A DNA stretch of 64,000 nt from an uncultured bacterium (GCA_963813815.1 CAWFAD010000016.1:448001-512000); one strand, 5' to 3'; positions 37,680 through 47,356 are shown, numbered from the stretch's first letter. Made by a program: numbers and translations. Notes: generated by a model from the letters alone, not told the origin.

Positions 37680-38945
37680 ATGGGCAGCACGAAGATAGCG
37701 ATCATCGGACTCGGATACGTGGGGCTTCCGCTCGCGGTCGAGTTCGGCAAGCAGTACGACACCGTGGGGTTCGACGTCAACGCGCGAAGGGTCGCGGAAC
37801 TGAAACGCGGCGAGGATCGAACGCTCGAAACGAGCTCCGGCGACGTCAAGGCTGCGAAGCGCCTCCTCGTGACGACCGAGATCGAGGATATCCGCCCCTG
37901 CAACGTTTACATCGTCACCGTGCCGACCCCCATCGACGATCACAAACGCCCCGATCTCACCCCCGTCGAGCGCGCCACGGAAACGGTCGGAAAGGTGCTC
38001 AAGAAGGGGGACATCGTCGTCTACGAGTCGACCGTCTATCCGGGCTGCACGGAGGAGTTCTGCGTGCCGATTCTCGAGCGGCTCTCGGGGCTCGCTTTCA
38101 ACGGGGATTTTTTCTGCGGGTACTCTCCCGAGCGGATCAATCCCGGCGACAAGCAGCACACCGTGACGAAGATCAAGAAGATCACGAGCGGCTCGACGCC
38201 GGAGGTCGCCCGCAAGGTCGACGAGCTCTACCGCTCGATCATCACCGCCGGCACGCATCCGGCTTCCTCGATCAAGGTCGCCGAGGCCGCGAAGGTGATC
38301 GAAAACTCGCAGCGGGACATCAACATCGCCTTCGTGAACGAGCTCGCGCTCATCTTCGACCGCCTCGGCATCGACACGCTCGAGGTGCTCGAAGCGGCGG
38401 GCTCGAAGTGGAACTTTCTGCCTTTCCGGCCGGGCCTCGTCGGCGGCCACTGCATTGGAGTCGATCCGTATTACCTCACGCACAAGGCGCAGGAGATAGG
38501 GTACCACCCCGAGGTCATCCTCGCCGGGCGGCGCATCAACGACAACATGGGGATCTTCATCGCGGGCAAGATCGTCAAGCTCATGATCCACAAGGGGCAC
38601 CGGGTGCAGGGCGCCCGCGTGCTCATTCTCGGCGTCACCTTCAAGGAAAACTGTCCCGACATCCGCAACTCGCGCGTGGTCGACATCGTGCGCGAGCTCG
38701 CTGATTTCGGATGCAAGGTGGACGTGTACGATCCGTGGGCCGAGAGCGCGGAGGTCGCCGAGGAGTACGGGTTCCCGACCGTCGACCGGAGCGCGGTCTC
38801 CGCGGGAGGCTACGACGCGGTCGTCCTCGCCGTCGCCCACGAGAAGTTCCGCGAGCTCGATATCCTCTCCCTCAAGGGCGAACGGGGAGTCGTCTTCGAC
38901 GTGAAGGCCTTCCTCGACAAAAAAGTGGTGGACGGACGGCTCTGA
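37680..38945 (+). CDS. UDP-N-acetylhexosamine 6-dehydrogenase (TviB/WbpO-like)
   Basis: GLGYVGLP, ESTVYPG, SPERINPGD, GGHCIGVDP, FKENCPDIRNS. Confidence 0.92.
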   Translation: MGSTKIAIIGLGYVGLPLAVEFGKQYDTVGFDVNARRVAELKRGEDRTLETSSGDVKAAKRLLVTTEIEDIRPCNVYIVTVPTPIDDHKRPDLTPVERATETVGKVLKKGDIVVYESTVYPGCTEEFCVPILERLSGLAFNGDFFCGYSPERINPGDKQHTVTKIKKITSGSTPEVARKVDELYRSIITAGTHPASSIKVAEAAKVIENSQRDINIAFVNELALIFDRLGIDTLEVLEAAGSKWNFLPFRPGLVGGHCIGVDPYYLTHKAQEIGYHPEVILAGRRINDNMGIFIAGKIVKLMIHKGHRVQGARVLILGVTFKENCPDIRNSRVVDIVRELADFGCKVDVYDPWAESAEVAEEYGFPTVDRSAVSAGGYDAVVLAVAHEKFRELDILSLKGERGVVFDVKAFLDKKVVDGRL

Positions 38946-39062
38946 GCGCCCTTCTCGAAAAAATCCCAGCGGCGGAGCGATTCCGCGCCTGCGACGCCCC
39001 CTCGCCCGGCCGCGGGACCGCATCCCATTCGGCGACCCTCCGCTAAAACTCGCAGTTAACCC

Positions 39063-39111
39063 TTGACACGGCTGTATATACCGTCTATACAGTGTATAGA
39101 CAATATGTACA
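39063..39111 (+). promoter_or_regulatory. Promoter with tandem YtrA-type operator boxes
   Basis: TTGACA at 39063; TGTATA-N7-TATACA (39073-39091) and TGTATA-N7-TGTACA (39093-39111) overlapping the -10 region and ATG. Confidence 0.75.
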
Positions 39112-39515
39112 GTTGGAAGGATAAGATCCCGCATATCGCCCTTTCCAAGGCGAATCCGGACCCGATGTACAAGCAGGTCATGGATCAAATAAGGGACGCT
39201 ATTACAACGGGTTTGCTCGTGCCTGAGACGAGGCTACCCTCGATCAGGGAGCTGGCCGGGGAGCTCGGAACGAGCCCCATTACGGTGAGGCGGGCATACG
39301 GCGATCTCGAGTCGGCAGGGTTCATCGTCACTCGCGCGGGGCTCGGGTCGTATGTCGCTGGGCTCGATCGCGAAAGGCTCCGCGAGGCCAAGGCGAGGGA
39401 GATCCGGGACGAGCTCGACCGGATCGTCAGGACGGCGGAGGTCTTCGGCATTCCGCGGGAAGAGATACGGAGCATGATCAACGAGACGAAGGAGGGCATC
39501 GATGATTCAGTTTGA
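39105..39515 (+). CDS. GntR-family (YtrA subfamily) regulator
   Basis: PMYKQV..RLPSIRELA..TVRRAY.DLE..GLGSYV, short C-terminal helices. Confidence 0.92.
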   Translation: MYSWKDKIPHIALSKANPDPMYKQVMDQIRDAITTGLLVPETRLPSIRELAGELGTSPITVRRAYGDLESAGFIVTRAGLGSYVAGLDRERLREAKAREIRDELDRIVRTAEVFGIPREEIRSMINETKEGIDDSV

Positions 39516-40161
39516 CGATCGGAAAGAGCGCGAGCAGCGCGCGTCGCTCTGCGGCGCTGACGGACTCATCGACACGGGGATCGGCGTGGGGCTCGTTCTG
39601 CTCGGCTTCGCCACGATGCTCGGTCTCGGGGGGATCGCCGGCGTCTATCTCGCCATGCTCTTTCCCATCGTGAACGCCTCGAAGCGGATCGTCACGATGC
39701 CTCGGATGCACCACCTCGATTTCCATCCCGACCCGGAGACCGGGCGCCGGATCGGCCGCGTCAAGGCGGTGGCGTCGGTTTCGATGGGGATACTCATCGC
39801 GCTCGGCGTGCTCGCCCTTTTCACGACCCGGATGATTCCGATTCCGATCTCGAAGTGGCTTCGCGCGAACGCGATCATCGTCTTCGGCCTTCTTCTCGCG
39901 GCGCTCTTCGTGATCCTCGCCTGGGGCCTGGCGACGAAACGCTTTCGCGCCTACGCCGTCGTCACGACGGCGGCGCTCGTATTCGCCCACTGGTTCAGCT
40001 TGAGCCCGGCATGGTTCTTCATCCTGCTCGGCGCGGGAGTCGGCGGATGCGGCGCGGCCGTGCTCTCGCGATTCGTCCGGGACTACCCCCGGATGAACGG
40101 CCGCGATCATTTCGGGAATGCCAAACGCTACCGGTTCGCCTCAGGGAGGATCGAGGACTGA
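39502..40161 (+). CDS. Membrane protein (about 6 TM)
   Basis: Hydrophobic segments, DGL..IG and VTMPR motifs; GGAGGG RBS; overlaps the GntR stop. Confidence 0.7.
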   Translation: MIQFDDRKEREQRASLCGADGLIDTGIGVGLVLLGFATMLGLGGIAGVYLAMLFPIVNASKRIVTMPRMHHLDFHPDPETGRRIGRVKAVASVSMGILIALGVLALFTTRMIPIPISKWLRANAIIVFGLLLAALFVILAWGLATKRFRAYAVVTTAALVFAHWFSLSPAWFFILLGAGVGGCGAAVLSRFVRDYPRMNGRDHFGNAKRYRFASGRIED

Positions 40162-40233
40162 AGCGTTTCGCGCCGTTGCAATCATGCGGGGCTTCGTGTA
40201 TGCTCCGTCCGTCATGAGTCGTGGGGAGACGGC

Positions 40234-40401
40234 ATGAGCATTCGTTCGCGCTTCGAGCTGCTTCGCGAGCTGTGGGCGTTTCTCAGGGAGCGCAAGAAGT
40301 GGTGGCTCATGCCCATCATCGTCCTGCTCGTGCTGCTCGGCGTCCTCATCATTCTCTCGGAGAGCTCCGCCATCGCGCCCTTCATCTACACGATCTTCTA
40401 A
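40234..40401 (+). CDS. SxtK/DUF5989 small membrane protein (55 aa, absent from the ORF track)
   Basis: MSIRSRFELLRELWAFLRERKKWWLMPIIVLLVLLGVLIILSESSAIAPFIYTIF*; GGGGAG RBS; TTGCAA-N17-TATGCT upstream (40176-40204). Confidence 0.9.
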   Translation: MSIRSRFELLRELWAFLRERKKWWLMPIIVLLVLLGVLIILSESSAIAPFIYTIF

Positions 40402-40407
40402 CCGGGG

Positions 40408-41937
40408 TCAGGGTTCGAGTCCCGGTCCGATCCGCGACAGCCCCCGTTTCGCCCCTTCGCTGCGATCGTCCTGCGCCAGCGCCTCGAGGTACGCCGCTCC
40501 GGCGCGCAGCGTGTCGCCGCGCGAGAGATACGCGTCGCCGGCCCGAACGAGGTTCGCGGAGAGCCCCTGCGGCGTGTCGCGTGCGACGGTGAAGTTCGTG
40601 AAGATGACGAGCGCTCCGAGGGCGGCGGCGAGGAGCGCGAGCTCGGCGAGGGAGCGCCGCCTCGCGAGCGAGGCGAGACCCGTGACCGCGGCCGCCGCGA
40701 AGGGTATGAGAAAGGGGATCGCCGGAAGACGGTATCGAGCGGTGACGTAAAACGCGACGGCGGTCGCGAGATAGGCGAGCGCGCCGCCGTAGAGGAGCCA
40801 CAGGCCGCGGGCGCGGTCGCGCGAGAGAAACATGCCGAGGAGCGCGAGCGGTGCGACGATTCCGAAGGTCAGAAGCGGCAGCCGCAGAACTCCCGGGAAA
40901 CGCCGGTGAAAGTAAAAGCTCTCGACGTTCGCCCGCTCGTGGCGGTTCCAGAAGAAGAGAAACTTCTGCCACGCGAGCGCCGACCACTTCGCGGGGTGAT
41001 CCCGTCCCCAGCGAAGTCCCGCGGCAAACCAGAAACGCGACACGCCGGACTCGCCGAGCGCGCGCCCCGAATCGTCGCGGGCGATCTCCGTCATGAGCCT
41101 CCATTGCTCCTCCGGCGAGCGGCCGAGCGATTTCCCGCGATAGGACGGCGGCGCGTAGTAGCCGTTCGCGCCGGCGTTGTTGCCGATGTAGAAATTGATG
41201 CCGCCCCCCGTCGTGAGGGGGATGAATTCCCCCGCGCGGAGATAGTTGCGGATGACCAGGGGGGCGAGGGCGAGCGAAACTCCCATGACGATCGGGAGCG
41301 CGCCGCGGGCCAGTCGCGGTCGTCCCGCCCCGCCGAGGCGGACGTGGAGCAGGACGAAGGGGAGAAGCAGCAGCGTCGGCGGGTTCGCCGCGATCGCGGC
41401 GCCGAGGACGATCCCGCCGGCGAGCATCGCCGCCGGCCCCGGCCGCCGGGGGAGGACGAAGGCGGCGACGGCGAGCGTGTTCAGAAAAACGATGAGCGTC
41501 GCCGGCAGGATGAGCCCCTCGAAGAAGATGAGCGGCGCGTAGAGCGCGGCGATAGCGCCCGCGACGAGCGCCGCGGCGGTGGACGAGAAGAGGCGCCGCG
41601 TCACGAGCGCGATGAGAACGACCGAAGCCGTTCCGAGCGCCGCCTGTAGCGCTCTCGCGGCCGCGGGGACGGGGCCGAAGATCCGATAGAGGGCGGAAAG
41701 GAGCCACGGGTAAACGGGGGACTGCATGAGGGTCGTCGGCCCCGCGTCGCCGCCGAAGGCGAGAGCCCGGGCCCAGGCGTCGTACGTCGCCGAGTCGAGC
41801 TGGAGGGAGGAGGCGAGAGGATTGAGCCGCTCCGTGAAAAAGAGATGGAGAAGACGGATCGCGAGGGCGGACGCCGCGACGATGCCGGCGGCGAAGAGCC
41901 ACCTCGCGTTTCGATCGATGCGAGCGCGCCGGGTCAT
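40408..41937 (-). CDS. GT-C (GT39/ArnT-like) glycosyltransferase with C-terminal TPR-like tail
   Basis: DSATYDAWA, PVYP, GGINFYIGNN, ARYRLP; multiple TMs. Confidence 0.8.
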   Translation of the reverse strand: MTRRARIDRNARWLFAAGIVAASALAIRLLHLFFTERLNPLASSLQLDSATYDAWARALAFGGDAGPTTLMQSPVYPWLLSALYRIFGPVPAAARALQAALGTASVVLIALVTRRLFSSTAAALVAGAIAALYAPLIFFEGLILPATLIVFLNTLAVAAFVLPRRPGPAAMLAGGIVLGAAIAANPPTLLLLPFVLLHVRLGGAGRPRLARGALPIVMGVSLALAPLVIRNYLRAGEFIPLTTGGGINFYIGNNAGANGYYAPPSYRGKSLGRSPEEQWRLMTEIARDDSGRALGESGVSRFWFAAGLRWGRDHPAKWSALAWQKFLFFWNRHERANVESFYFHRRFPGVLRLPLLTFGIVAPLALLGMFLSRDRARGLWLLYGGALAYLATAVAFYVTARYRLPAIPFLIPFAAAAVTGLASLARRRSLAELALLAAALGALVIFTNFTVARDTPQGLSANLVRAGDAYLSRGDTLRAGAAYLEALAQDDRSEGAKRGLSRIGPGLEP

Positions 41938-41989
41938 GCGCCCCGAGTGTAGAACGTCCCGGCGCGGCGCGTCAATCCGAAGCCGCGGC

Positions 41990-42736
41990 TCATTCCTCCG
42001 CCGGTTCGCCGATCGTAAAGTCGTAGTTGACCGTGAGGGAGCCGCAGACAAAGTCTTCGTACTGGGAATCGAGCGGCACCTGCCCGATGACGGCCGGCGT
42101 AACGGTGAACCGGCCGGCGGTGAAATCGATGCCCGCGACGAACCCGAGCACGGTCAATGAAGACTCGTATTCGTACTGGCCGAAATTGTAACCGGCGCAG
42201 AGTCCCACCGACGCGCCGAGCCAATCGTTGACGGAGAGGGACGTCGAAGCCCCCGCCTCGAGATAGGCGCCCTTCGCCAGAACGTCGTCGTAGTACAGGG
42301 TCAGATAGGGCTCCATCTCCATGTCGGCCGAAAGCCCGAGGAAGAACTCCTCGGAATCGTTATCCGGCTCGTCGACCGTGTGCAGGATGTACGTTATGAG
42401 TCCGAGGTTGAAGAAGATGGATTCCGACCACGGCAGGCAATTCTCGTAGGTCAGGGTGAGATCGGTCTCGCAGAGCCCGCGTTTCGTTCTCTCCTCGGCG
42501 GTGACGTCGTCCACCTCGACGTATTCCTGGTGGCTGAACCAGGCGTCGAAAGTGAAACCGCCTATGGAAACGCCGCCCCCCGGCTGTATCGCGTACGTAT
42601 CCGAGAGGAGCTGGCCGCGCCAGAGGTACTTGCCGACCACGGCGCCGTAAACGTTTCCCGTGACCTCGGCATGGAGCGCCGGCGTCGAGAACGCGAGCAG
42701 GAGCAGAGCGACGATAATGATACTGATATTTTTCAT
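41990..42736 (-). CDS. Outer-membrane beta-barrel (TorF/TIGR02001-like putative porin)
   Basis: Signal peptide; KYLWRG..IQPG, ETDLTLTY; alternating aromatic strands. Confidence 0.7.
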   Translation of the reverse strand: MKNISIIIVALLLLAFSTPALHAEVTGNVYGAVVGKYLWRGQLLSDTYAIQPGGGVSIGGFTFDAWFSHQEYVEVDDVTAEERTKRGLCETDLTLTYENCLPWSESIFFNLGLITYILHTVDEPDNDSEEFFLGLSADMEMEPYLTLYYDDVLAKGAYLEAGASTSLSVNDWLGASVGLCAGYNFGQYEYESSLTVLGFVAGIDFTAGRFTVTPAVIGQVPLDSQYEDFVCGSLTVNYDFTIGEPAEE

Positions 42737-42771
42737 TCGATTTCCCTCCAGGTACGATTCGGGTACGCAAT

Positions 42772-42787
42772 CGCAAGAAATGAGCCA
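42772..42787 (-). promoter_or_regulatory. Putative sigma54 promoter
   Basis: Minus strand TGGCTC-ATTTC-TTGCG (GG-N10-GC), 35 nt upstream of the porin ATG. Confidence 0.55.
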
Positions 42788-42904
42788 GAGTTCCTCCCCG
42801 GGCCCGCCGGTGAAAAGAGTTTCTTGACAAAATTCCGGAGTTCTTCTGAAATGAGCGCCGAATGCCGGTGACCGGGCCCTCTGGACTCCAAAAGGGAAGG
42901 GAAA

Positions 42905-43720
42905 ATGGCCAAGATATTTCATAGCCTCGAAAGCAAGCTGACCCTGAGCTTTCTCTCCCTCATCGTCGTGATATCGGCGCTCACGTTCATTATCACATAC
43001 AACGAAACGAAAAAAGCCCTCAAGGCGATGATACAGAGCCAGATCACCTCCGTGGCGGCGGTCACCGCGACTCAGATCGACGGAGACGCCTTCGCCGGGA
43101 TAGACGCGGGCGAGGAGGAGAGCCCGGATTTCCTGCGTATCAGGGACATGCTGTACGAGGTGGAAAAGGCGGATCCGGATATCAGGTATGCGTACACCTA
43201 CCGGAAGCACGACGACAATCGGGTCGAGTTCGTCGTCGACGGCGAGTACGGAATCTCGGACGACGCGGCGGCGGCCGGCGAGGTCTACGACGAAACGACG
43301 CCCGCCATGATGGATGGGCTCCACAAGCCCGCCGCCGATCCTGATTTCTCGACCGACAAATGGGGCACCTTTCTCTCGGGCTTCGCGCCGATCTTGAACT
43401 CGAAGAAGGAATGCGTGGGCGCGGTCGGCATCGACATGCTGAGCACCAAGGTCCTCAAGAAGCAGCGGTACATCAGCAACACGGTTTTCGCGGTGTTCGG
43501 CATCGCGATCCTGACCGCGGGAATTCTGATAGCGGCTTTTTCCTTGACCATCATACGGGACATAAAGAGGCTCAACGTCGCGGCCGAACAGATCAGCAAG
43601 GGCAAGCTCGACGTTCGCATCGACGTCGTGAGAAAAGACGAAATCGGCGAGCTCGCCAATTCCTTTTCCCGCATGGTGTCGGCGATCAAGATCTTGGTGG
43701 CGGACCAGGACGGAAAATAA
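42905..43720 (+). CDS. TM-Cache-like-TM-HAMP sensor with no output domain
   Basis: Two TMs, TDKWGTFLSGFAPI sensor motif, HAMP RKDEIGELANSFSRM, stop shortly after. Confidence 0.8.
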   Translation: MAKIFHSLESKLTLSFLSLIVVISALTFIITYNETKKALKAMIQSQITSVAAVTATQIDGDAFAGIDAGEEESPDFLRIRDMLYEVEKADPDIRYAYTYRKHDDNRVEFVVDGEYGISDDAAAAGEVYDETTPAMMDGLHKPAADPDFSTDKWGTFLSGFAPILNSKKECVGAVGIDMLSTKVLKKQRYISNTVFAVFGIAILTAGILIAAFSLTIIRDIKRLNVAAEQISKGKLDVRIDVVRKDEIGELANSFSRMVSAIKILVADQDGK

Positions 43721-43730
43721 GGGGATCGCG

Positions 43731-44006
43731 ATGAACGCTCTGTCCGAAAGAATCTTGGAGATAGCGACGGATTATCTCGGCGTCGGGGCCAAGAGATTTC
43801 TCGACCGGCAGGCCGCGCACCTGAAATTCTCGAGTTTTGAAATGCTGGACGAGGAGCACTTGGAGAAATTCGTCTGGTGGGTGGACGTCTCCGCGAAGCT
43901 CCTGCTCGATCGGCAACGGGCCGCCGAGTTTGCGCGGAAAATGGCCGACGTGAGCAGCCGCGCGAAGGCTCCCCTTTCCTCGAACGGCGAACACATTTCG
44001 AAATAA
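43731..44006 (+). CDS. Small helical hypothetical protein
   Basis: AGGGGA RBS, 10 nt after the HAMP gene; DYLGVGAKRFLDRQ. Confidence 0.7.
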   Translation: MNALSERILEIATDYLGVGAKRFLDRQAAHLKFSSFEMLDEEHLEKFVWWVDVSAKLLLDRQRAAEFARKMADVSSRAKAPLSSNGEHISK

Positions 44007-44034
44007 TGTCGGGTGTGCCGGGAGGGGAGCGGTT

Positions 44035-45414
44035 TCAGCGCTTTTCCCCGGGTCCCCGCGTCTCGATCGTGAAGAGATCCGCCTGCCGGGCGTCGAGCAA
44101 TCGCTTCCCCGCGCCCTCGACGCCGGTCGTCCGTATGAGGCTGTCGACGAGCGCGGGCACGCCGGGGAGAACGCGCACGACGGCGACGCTTCCGCTCTTC
44201 GCGGTGAATACTCCCCATGCCGGGCCGTCCGTCCCGAACACCTCGATGTTGCGTTTCCCGAGCGTGCACCCCGTGCCGAGCTGCACGCCGTCGATGAGGC
44301 AGGAGCGCGGCGGCTCGAGGAACGAGTGTATCTCGGCCGAGACGTCGAAGTGCCCCGCGCATCCCGCCGCTTCGAGGGCGGCGCGTCCCATCCGGTATCC
44401 CAGCACGACATATGGGCCGAGGTGGCCGTGAAAGCTCGCGAGAAGCTTCGCAACGGGGATGTCGCCCGGCGCGGTTTCGTCCTGCGGGCGGGGTGGATGC
44501 TCCCACGCTCCGGCGAGAACCTCGGCCGCGGCGCGGAGGTCGTCGAAGTGCGCGACGCGGACGTTTCCCCGCGCGGCCGGCTCGAGCGAGATGGCGTCGC
44601 CCGCGAGCTCGAGGAGAAACGTCTCCTCGCCGGCCGGGGCGATCGACGGCCTTAGCATGCGAGCCGCCGCCATCTCGTCGCAGAGAAAGGCGTGCGGCCC
44701 CCCGCCGTGCGAGGAGAGCGTGTTTCTCGCGAAGCGCGCCGCCGGGGTTTCGCGGCGAAGGGCGCGGAGAACGGGATCCGCGGGCGCGCCTTCGGCGGGA
44801 AGGCCGACGAGCACGATCTCCCGCGCGCTCTCGAAAACCGTCTTTGCTCCGGCACGATCGGCGGTCAGGTTCCATGACGACACCTCTCCGCTTTTCACTC
44901 TCGCCGGAAGGAACACCGTCGAAATTCCGCTCGCCGCCTCCTCGTGCTCGCGAAAGAGCGCGGCGACGCTCCCGAGCGGGCCGAGGGCGAGATAGTCGAC
45001 GTCTCCCCCTCGCTCGAGGAGCGCCGCGAGGCTGTCGAGAGGAAGGATGCGCGGCGCGCGATCGGCGCTCCCTCTCATGGCGAATCCGCCGAGAGAGTTC
45101 GCCGTCTCGCGCCAGGGGGGCGCCTCTCCGAGCCGGGCGCCCTCGAAGACGGGAATGCCCCCGGCCCCCGCGGCCTCGAGCAGACCGAGGAGATTTTCGA
45201 TGCCGCGCTCGCTCGAGGCGGAGCCTTCCGTCACGACGACGGCCTCGATGTCGAGCGCGTCGCCGGCGAGCAACGCAAAGAGGGCCCGCGCGTCGTCGAT
45301 TCCCATGTCGGTGTCGATGACGACTCGCGCCGCTCCGTGCGCTTCCGCGGCGGCCGGAAGGAAATGAATCGCGAGCACGAGAGAAACTATCGTTGCGGCG
45401 CATGCGGAACGCAT
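44035..45414 (-). CDS. Secreted nucleoside-hydrolase-like domain fused to FmdE domain
   Basis: VIDTDMGIDD, LGPL, WN; C-terminal FHGHLGPYVVLGYRMG..CLIDGVQLGTGCTLGKRN. Confidence 0.8.
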   Translation of the reverse strand: MRSACAATIVSLVLAIHFLPAAAEAHGAARVVIDTDMGIDDARALFALLAGDALDIEAVVVTEGSASSERGIENLLGLLEAAGAGGIPVFEGARLGEAPPWRETANSLGGFAMRGSADRAPRILPLDSLAALLERGGDVDYLALGPLGSVAALFREHEEAASGISTVFLPARVKSGEVSSWNLTADRAGAKTVFESAREIVLVGLPAEGAPADPVLRALRRETPAARFARNTLSSHGGGPHAFLCDEMAAARMLRPSIAPAGEETFLLELAGDAISLEPAARGNVRVAHFDDLRAAAEVLAGAWEHPPRPQDETAPGDIPVAKLLASFHGHLGPYVVLGYRMGRAALEAAGCAGHFDVSAEIHSFLEPPRSCLIDGVQLGTGCTLGKRNIEVFGTDGPAWGVFTAKSGSVAVVRVLPGVPALVDSLIRTTGVEGAGKRLLDARQADLFTIETRGPGEKR

Positions 45415-45717
45415 CAATGCCTCCCCTTCGCAGGTCGAGAGCGGCAATCGGACCGTGGCCGTCCCGCGGGGCGAATCGGAGCGCCCGCCGCGGGCGGGGG
45501 CCCACTATAGCGCCGCATTCGCCGGGTGGCCAGCGCAAAATCGGACTGGGACGGCCGCGGGCGGATGCGCCGTCCGCGGCCGGGGCCGGGCCCGCGACCC
45601 GCTCGCCGCTTGACTTCCGCGGCGCGCGTCCCTACCATCGATTCCGCGTCGAGGCGTTCGGCGATTCGCCGCGCGGTTTTCAAAAGGGTTGCGGCCTGTC
45701 AATACGGGGGTGCCGGG

Positions 45718-46629
45718 ATGTCCGTCATCGAAAAAGTGATCTTCACGACCGATTTTTCCGAGACAGCCAATCACGCGCTTCCCTACGCGATCAAGATGGC
45801 GAAGATCTTCGACGCCGAGCTCATCATGCTGCACGCCGTCACGCTCTACGAGCACGATCCGAACGACCCCGGCCATCGTTTTCCGTCGCTCGGCGACTAC
45901 TGCGAGGAGCTCAGGAAATCCGCCGACCGGAACCTGCAGGTTTGCTTCGAGCGAGCCGGGGACGCGGGCGTGCGCATCCGGAAAACGGTCGTGCAGGGGG
46001 TGACGCCGCACGCGGGGATCATCGATTTCACGAAGGAGCAGGGAACGCGAGCCATGATCGTCATGTCGACCCATGGACGGAGCGGACTCTCCCACGTGCT
46101 CCTCGGAAGCGTCGCCGAGAACGTCATCCGGTACGCCCCGTGCCCGGTTCTCGTGGTCAAGGAGCCCGAGCACGAGTTCATCGATCCCAAAACGGGGGAG
46201 GTGCGCGTCCGAAGGTTGCTCTTTCCGGTCGATTTCTCGAAGGATTCGCTGAAGCCCCTCGATCTCGTGCGGTTCATCGCCGGGGTGCATCAGGCCGAGG
46301 TGGTTCTCTTTCACGCGATCGACGTCGACATTCCCCCGATCTACTACACGGCCGGCATCGAGTCGGCGCTGCAACTCGATCCCGAGCTCCACGGGCGGAT
46401 GGAGCAAAAGATGCGGGATCTCGTCGGCGACGGCCTCGCGGGGCTCCGCGTCCGCTACGAGGTCGCCGATGGCCGCGCGGTGAAGCTCATCAAGGATTTC
46501 GCCGTGCGCGAACAGATCGATCTCATCGTGATGGCCTCGTCGGGGTCGCACCGGATCGGCGATCTGCTCTTCGGGAGCACCGCCGCGCGCGTCATTCAGA
46601 AGGCGGTGTGTCCGGTGCTCGTCGTGTAA
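45718..46629 (+). CDS. Tandem universal stress protein
   Basis: TDFS..IVMSTHGRSGLSHVLLGSVAENV..PCPVLVV; second copy PVDFS..FGSTAARV..VCPVLVV. Confidence 0.92.
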   Translation: MSVIEKVIFTTDFSETANHALPYAIKMAKIFDAELIMLHAVTLYEHDPNDPGHRFPSLGDYCEELRKSADRNLQVCFERAGDAGVRIRKTVVQGVTPHAGIIDFTKEQGTRAMIVMSTHGRSGLSHVLLGSVAENVIRYAPCPVLVVKEPEHEFIDPKTGEVRVRRLLFPVDFSKDSLKPLDLVRFIAGVHQAEVVLFHAIDVDIPPIYYTAGIESALQLDPELHGRMEQKMRDLVGDGLAGLRVRYEVADGRAVKLIKDFAVREQIDLIVMASSGSHRIGDLLFGSTAARVIQKAVCPVLVV

Positions 46630-47356
46630 GGACGGCCCCCTCTCGTTCCCGCGGATATATTTTCCGGAACGCGGCGTACGCGGCTCCCGCGAGCGCCGCG
46701 CCGAGGGCCGCTCCGGCGAGCACGTCGGAGGGCCAGTGGACGCCGATGTAAATCCGCGAGTAACCGACCACCGCCGCGATGAGGACGAGCGGCACGAGAA
46801 GCCGCCGGTAGGCGAGGCCGAGGAAGAGCATCGACGCCGTGATGTTCGCCGCGTGGCTCGAGGGGAACGAGAAGCTCGACTTGTAGCTTCGCGCGACCTC
46901 GGCGGGCGTCGTCATCCACCCCTCCGGTCCGTACCAGAGGTGAACGCCGCCGAGCACCTCGCAGGGACGCATCCGCTCGACGAGCGGTTTTACGACGCTG
47001 CTCGCGATCTGATCCGAAGCGGCGATGAGCGGAATGAGCAGGAGCGCCGTCCGACGCCCCTTTGCCCCGCCGAAGAGCGCGAGCGCCCCCCACGCGATCA
47101 GGATCGCCACGCGCCATCGGTCGAGATCGGTCACGAGCGGCATCGCGGCGTCGAAGACGGGGTTCGCGGCGCGGCCGTTGAGCAACCGGAAGGCGCGTAC
47201 GTCGAGCGAGCCCTCGCCGGGGGTGGGACGCGCGGCGGCCGAATCGGCGACGGCCGCGATTGGCGCGCCCGATGGATCCGGGGCGGCGGGAGCGGCGCTC
47301 GCCGCCGCGAGGAGAACCGCGGCGAGCGCCGCGGCGCATATGCGTGCGAGTCCCAT
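46592..47356 (-). CDS. PAP2-family phosphatase
   Basis: KPLVERMRP, FPSSH, SRIYIGVHWPSD. Confidence 0.9.
   Translation of the reverse strand: MGLARICAAALAAVLLAAASAAPAAPDPSGAPIAAVADSAAARPTPGEGSLDVRAFRLLNGRAANPVFDAAMPLVTDLDRWRVAILIAWGALALFGGAKGRRTALLLIPLIAASDQIASSVVKPLVERMRPCEVLGGVHLWYGPEGWMTTPAEVARSYKSSFSFPSSHAANITASMLFLGLAYRRLLVPLVLIAAVVGYSRIYIGVHWPSDVLAGAALGAALAGAAYAAFRKIYPREREGAVLTRRAPDTPPSE

Noticed and set aside
40403..40430. tRNA T-arm-like GGTTCGAGTCCC, possible att site
   Set aside because: No cloverleaf, imperfect stem, lies in the last codons of the GT-C gene, and no integrase nearby.
46592..46629. 38-nt convergent overlap of USP and PAP2 genes
   Set aside because: Short tail-to-tail overlaps are common in GC-rich genomes; both proteins look complete.
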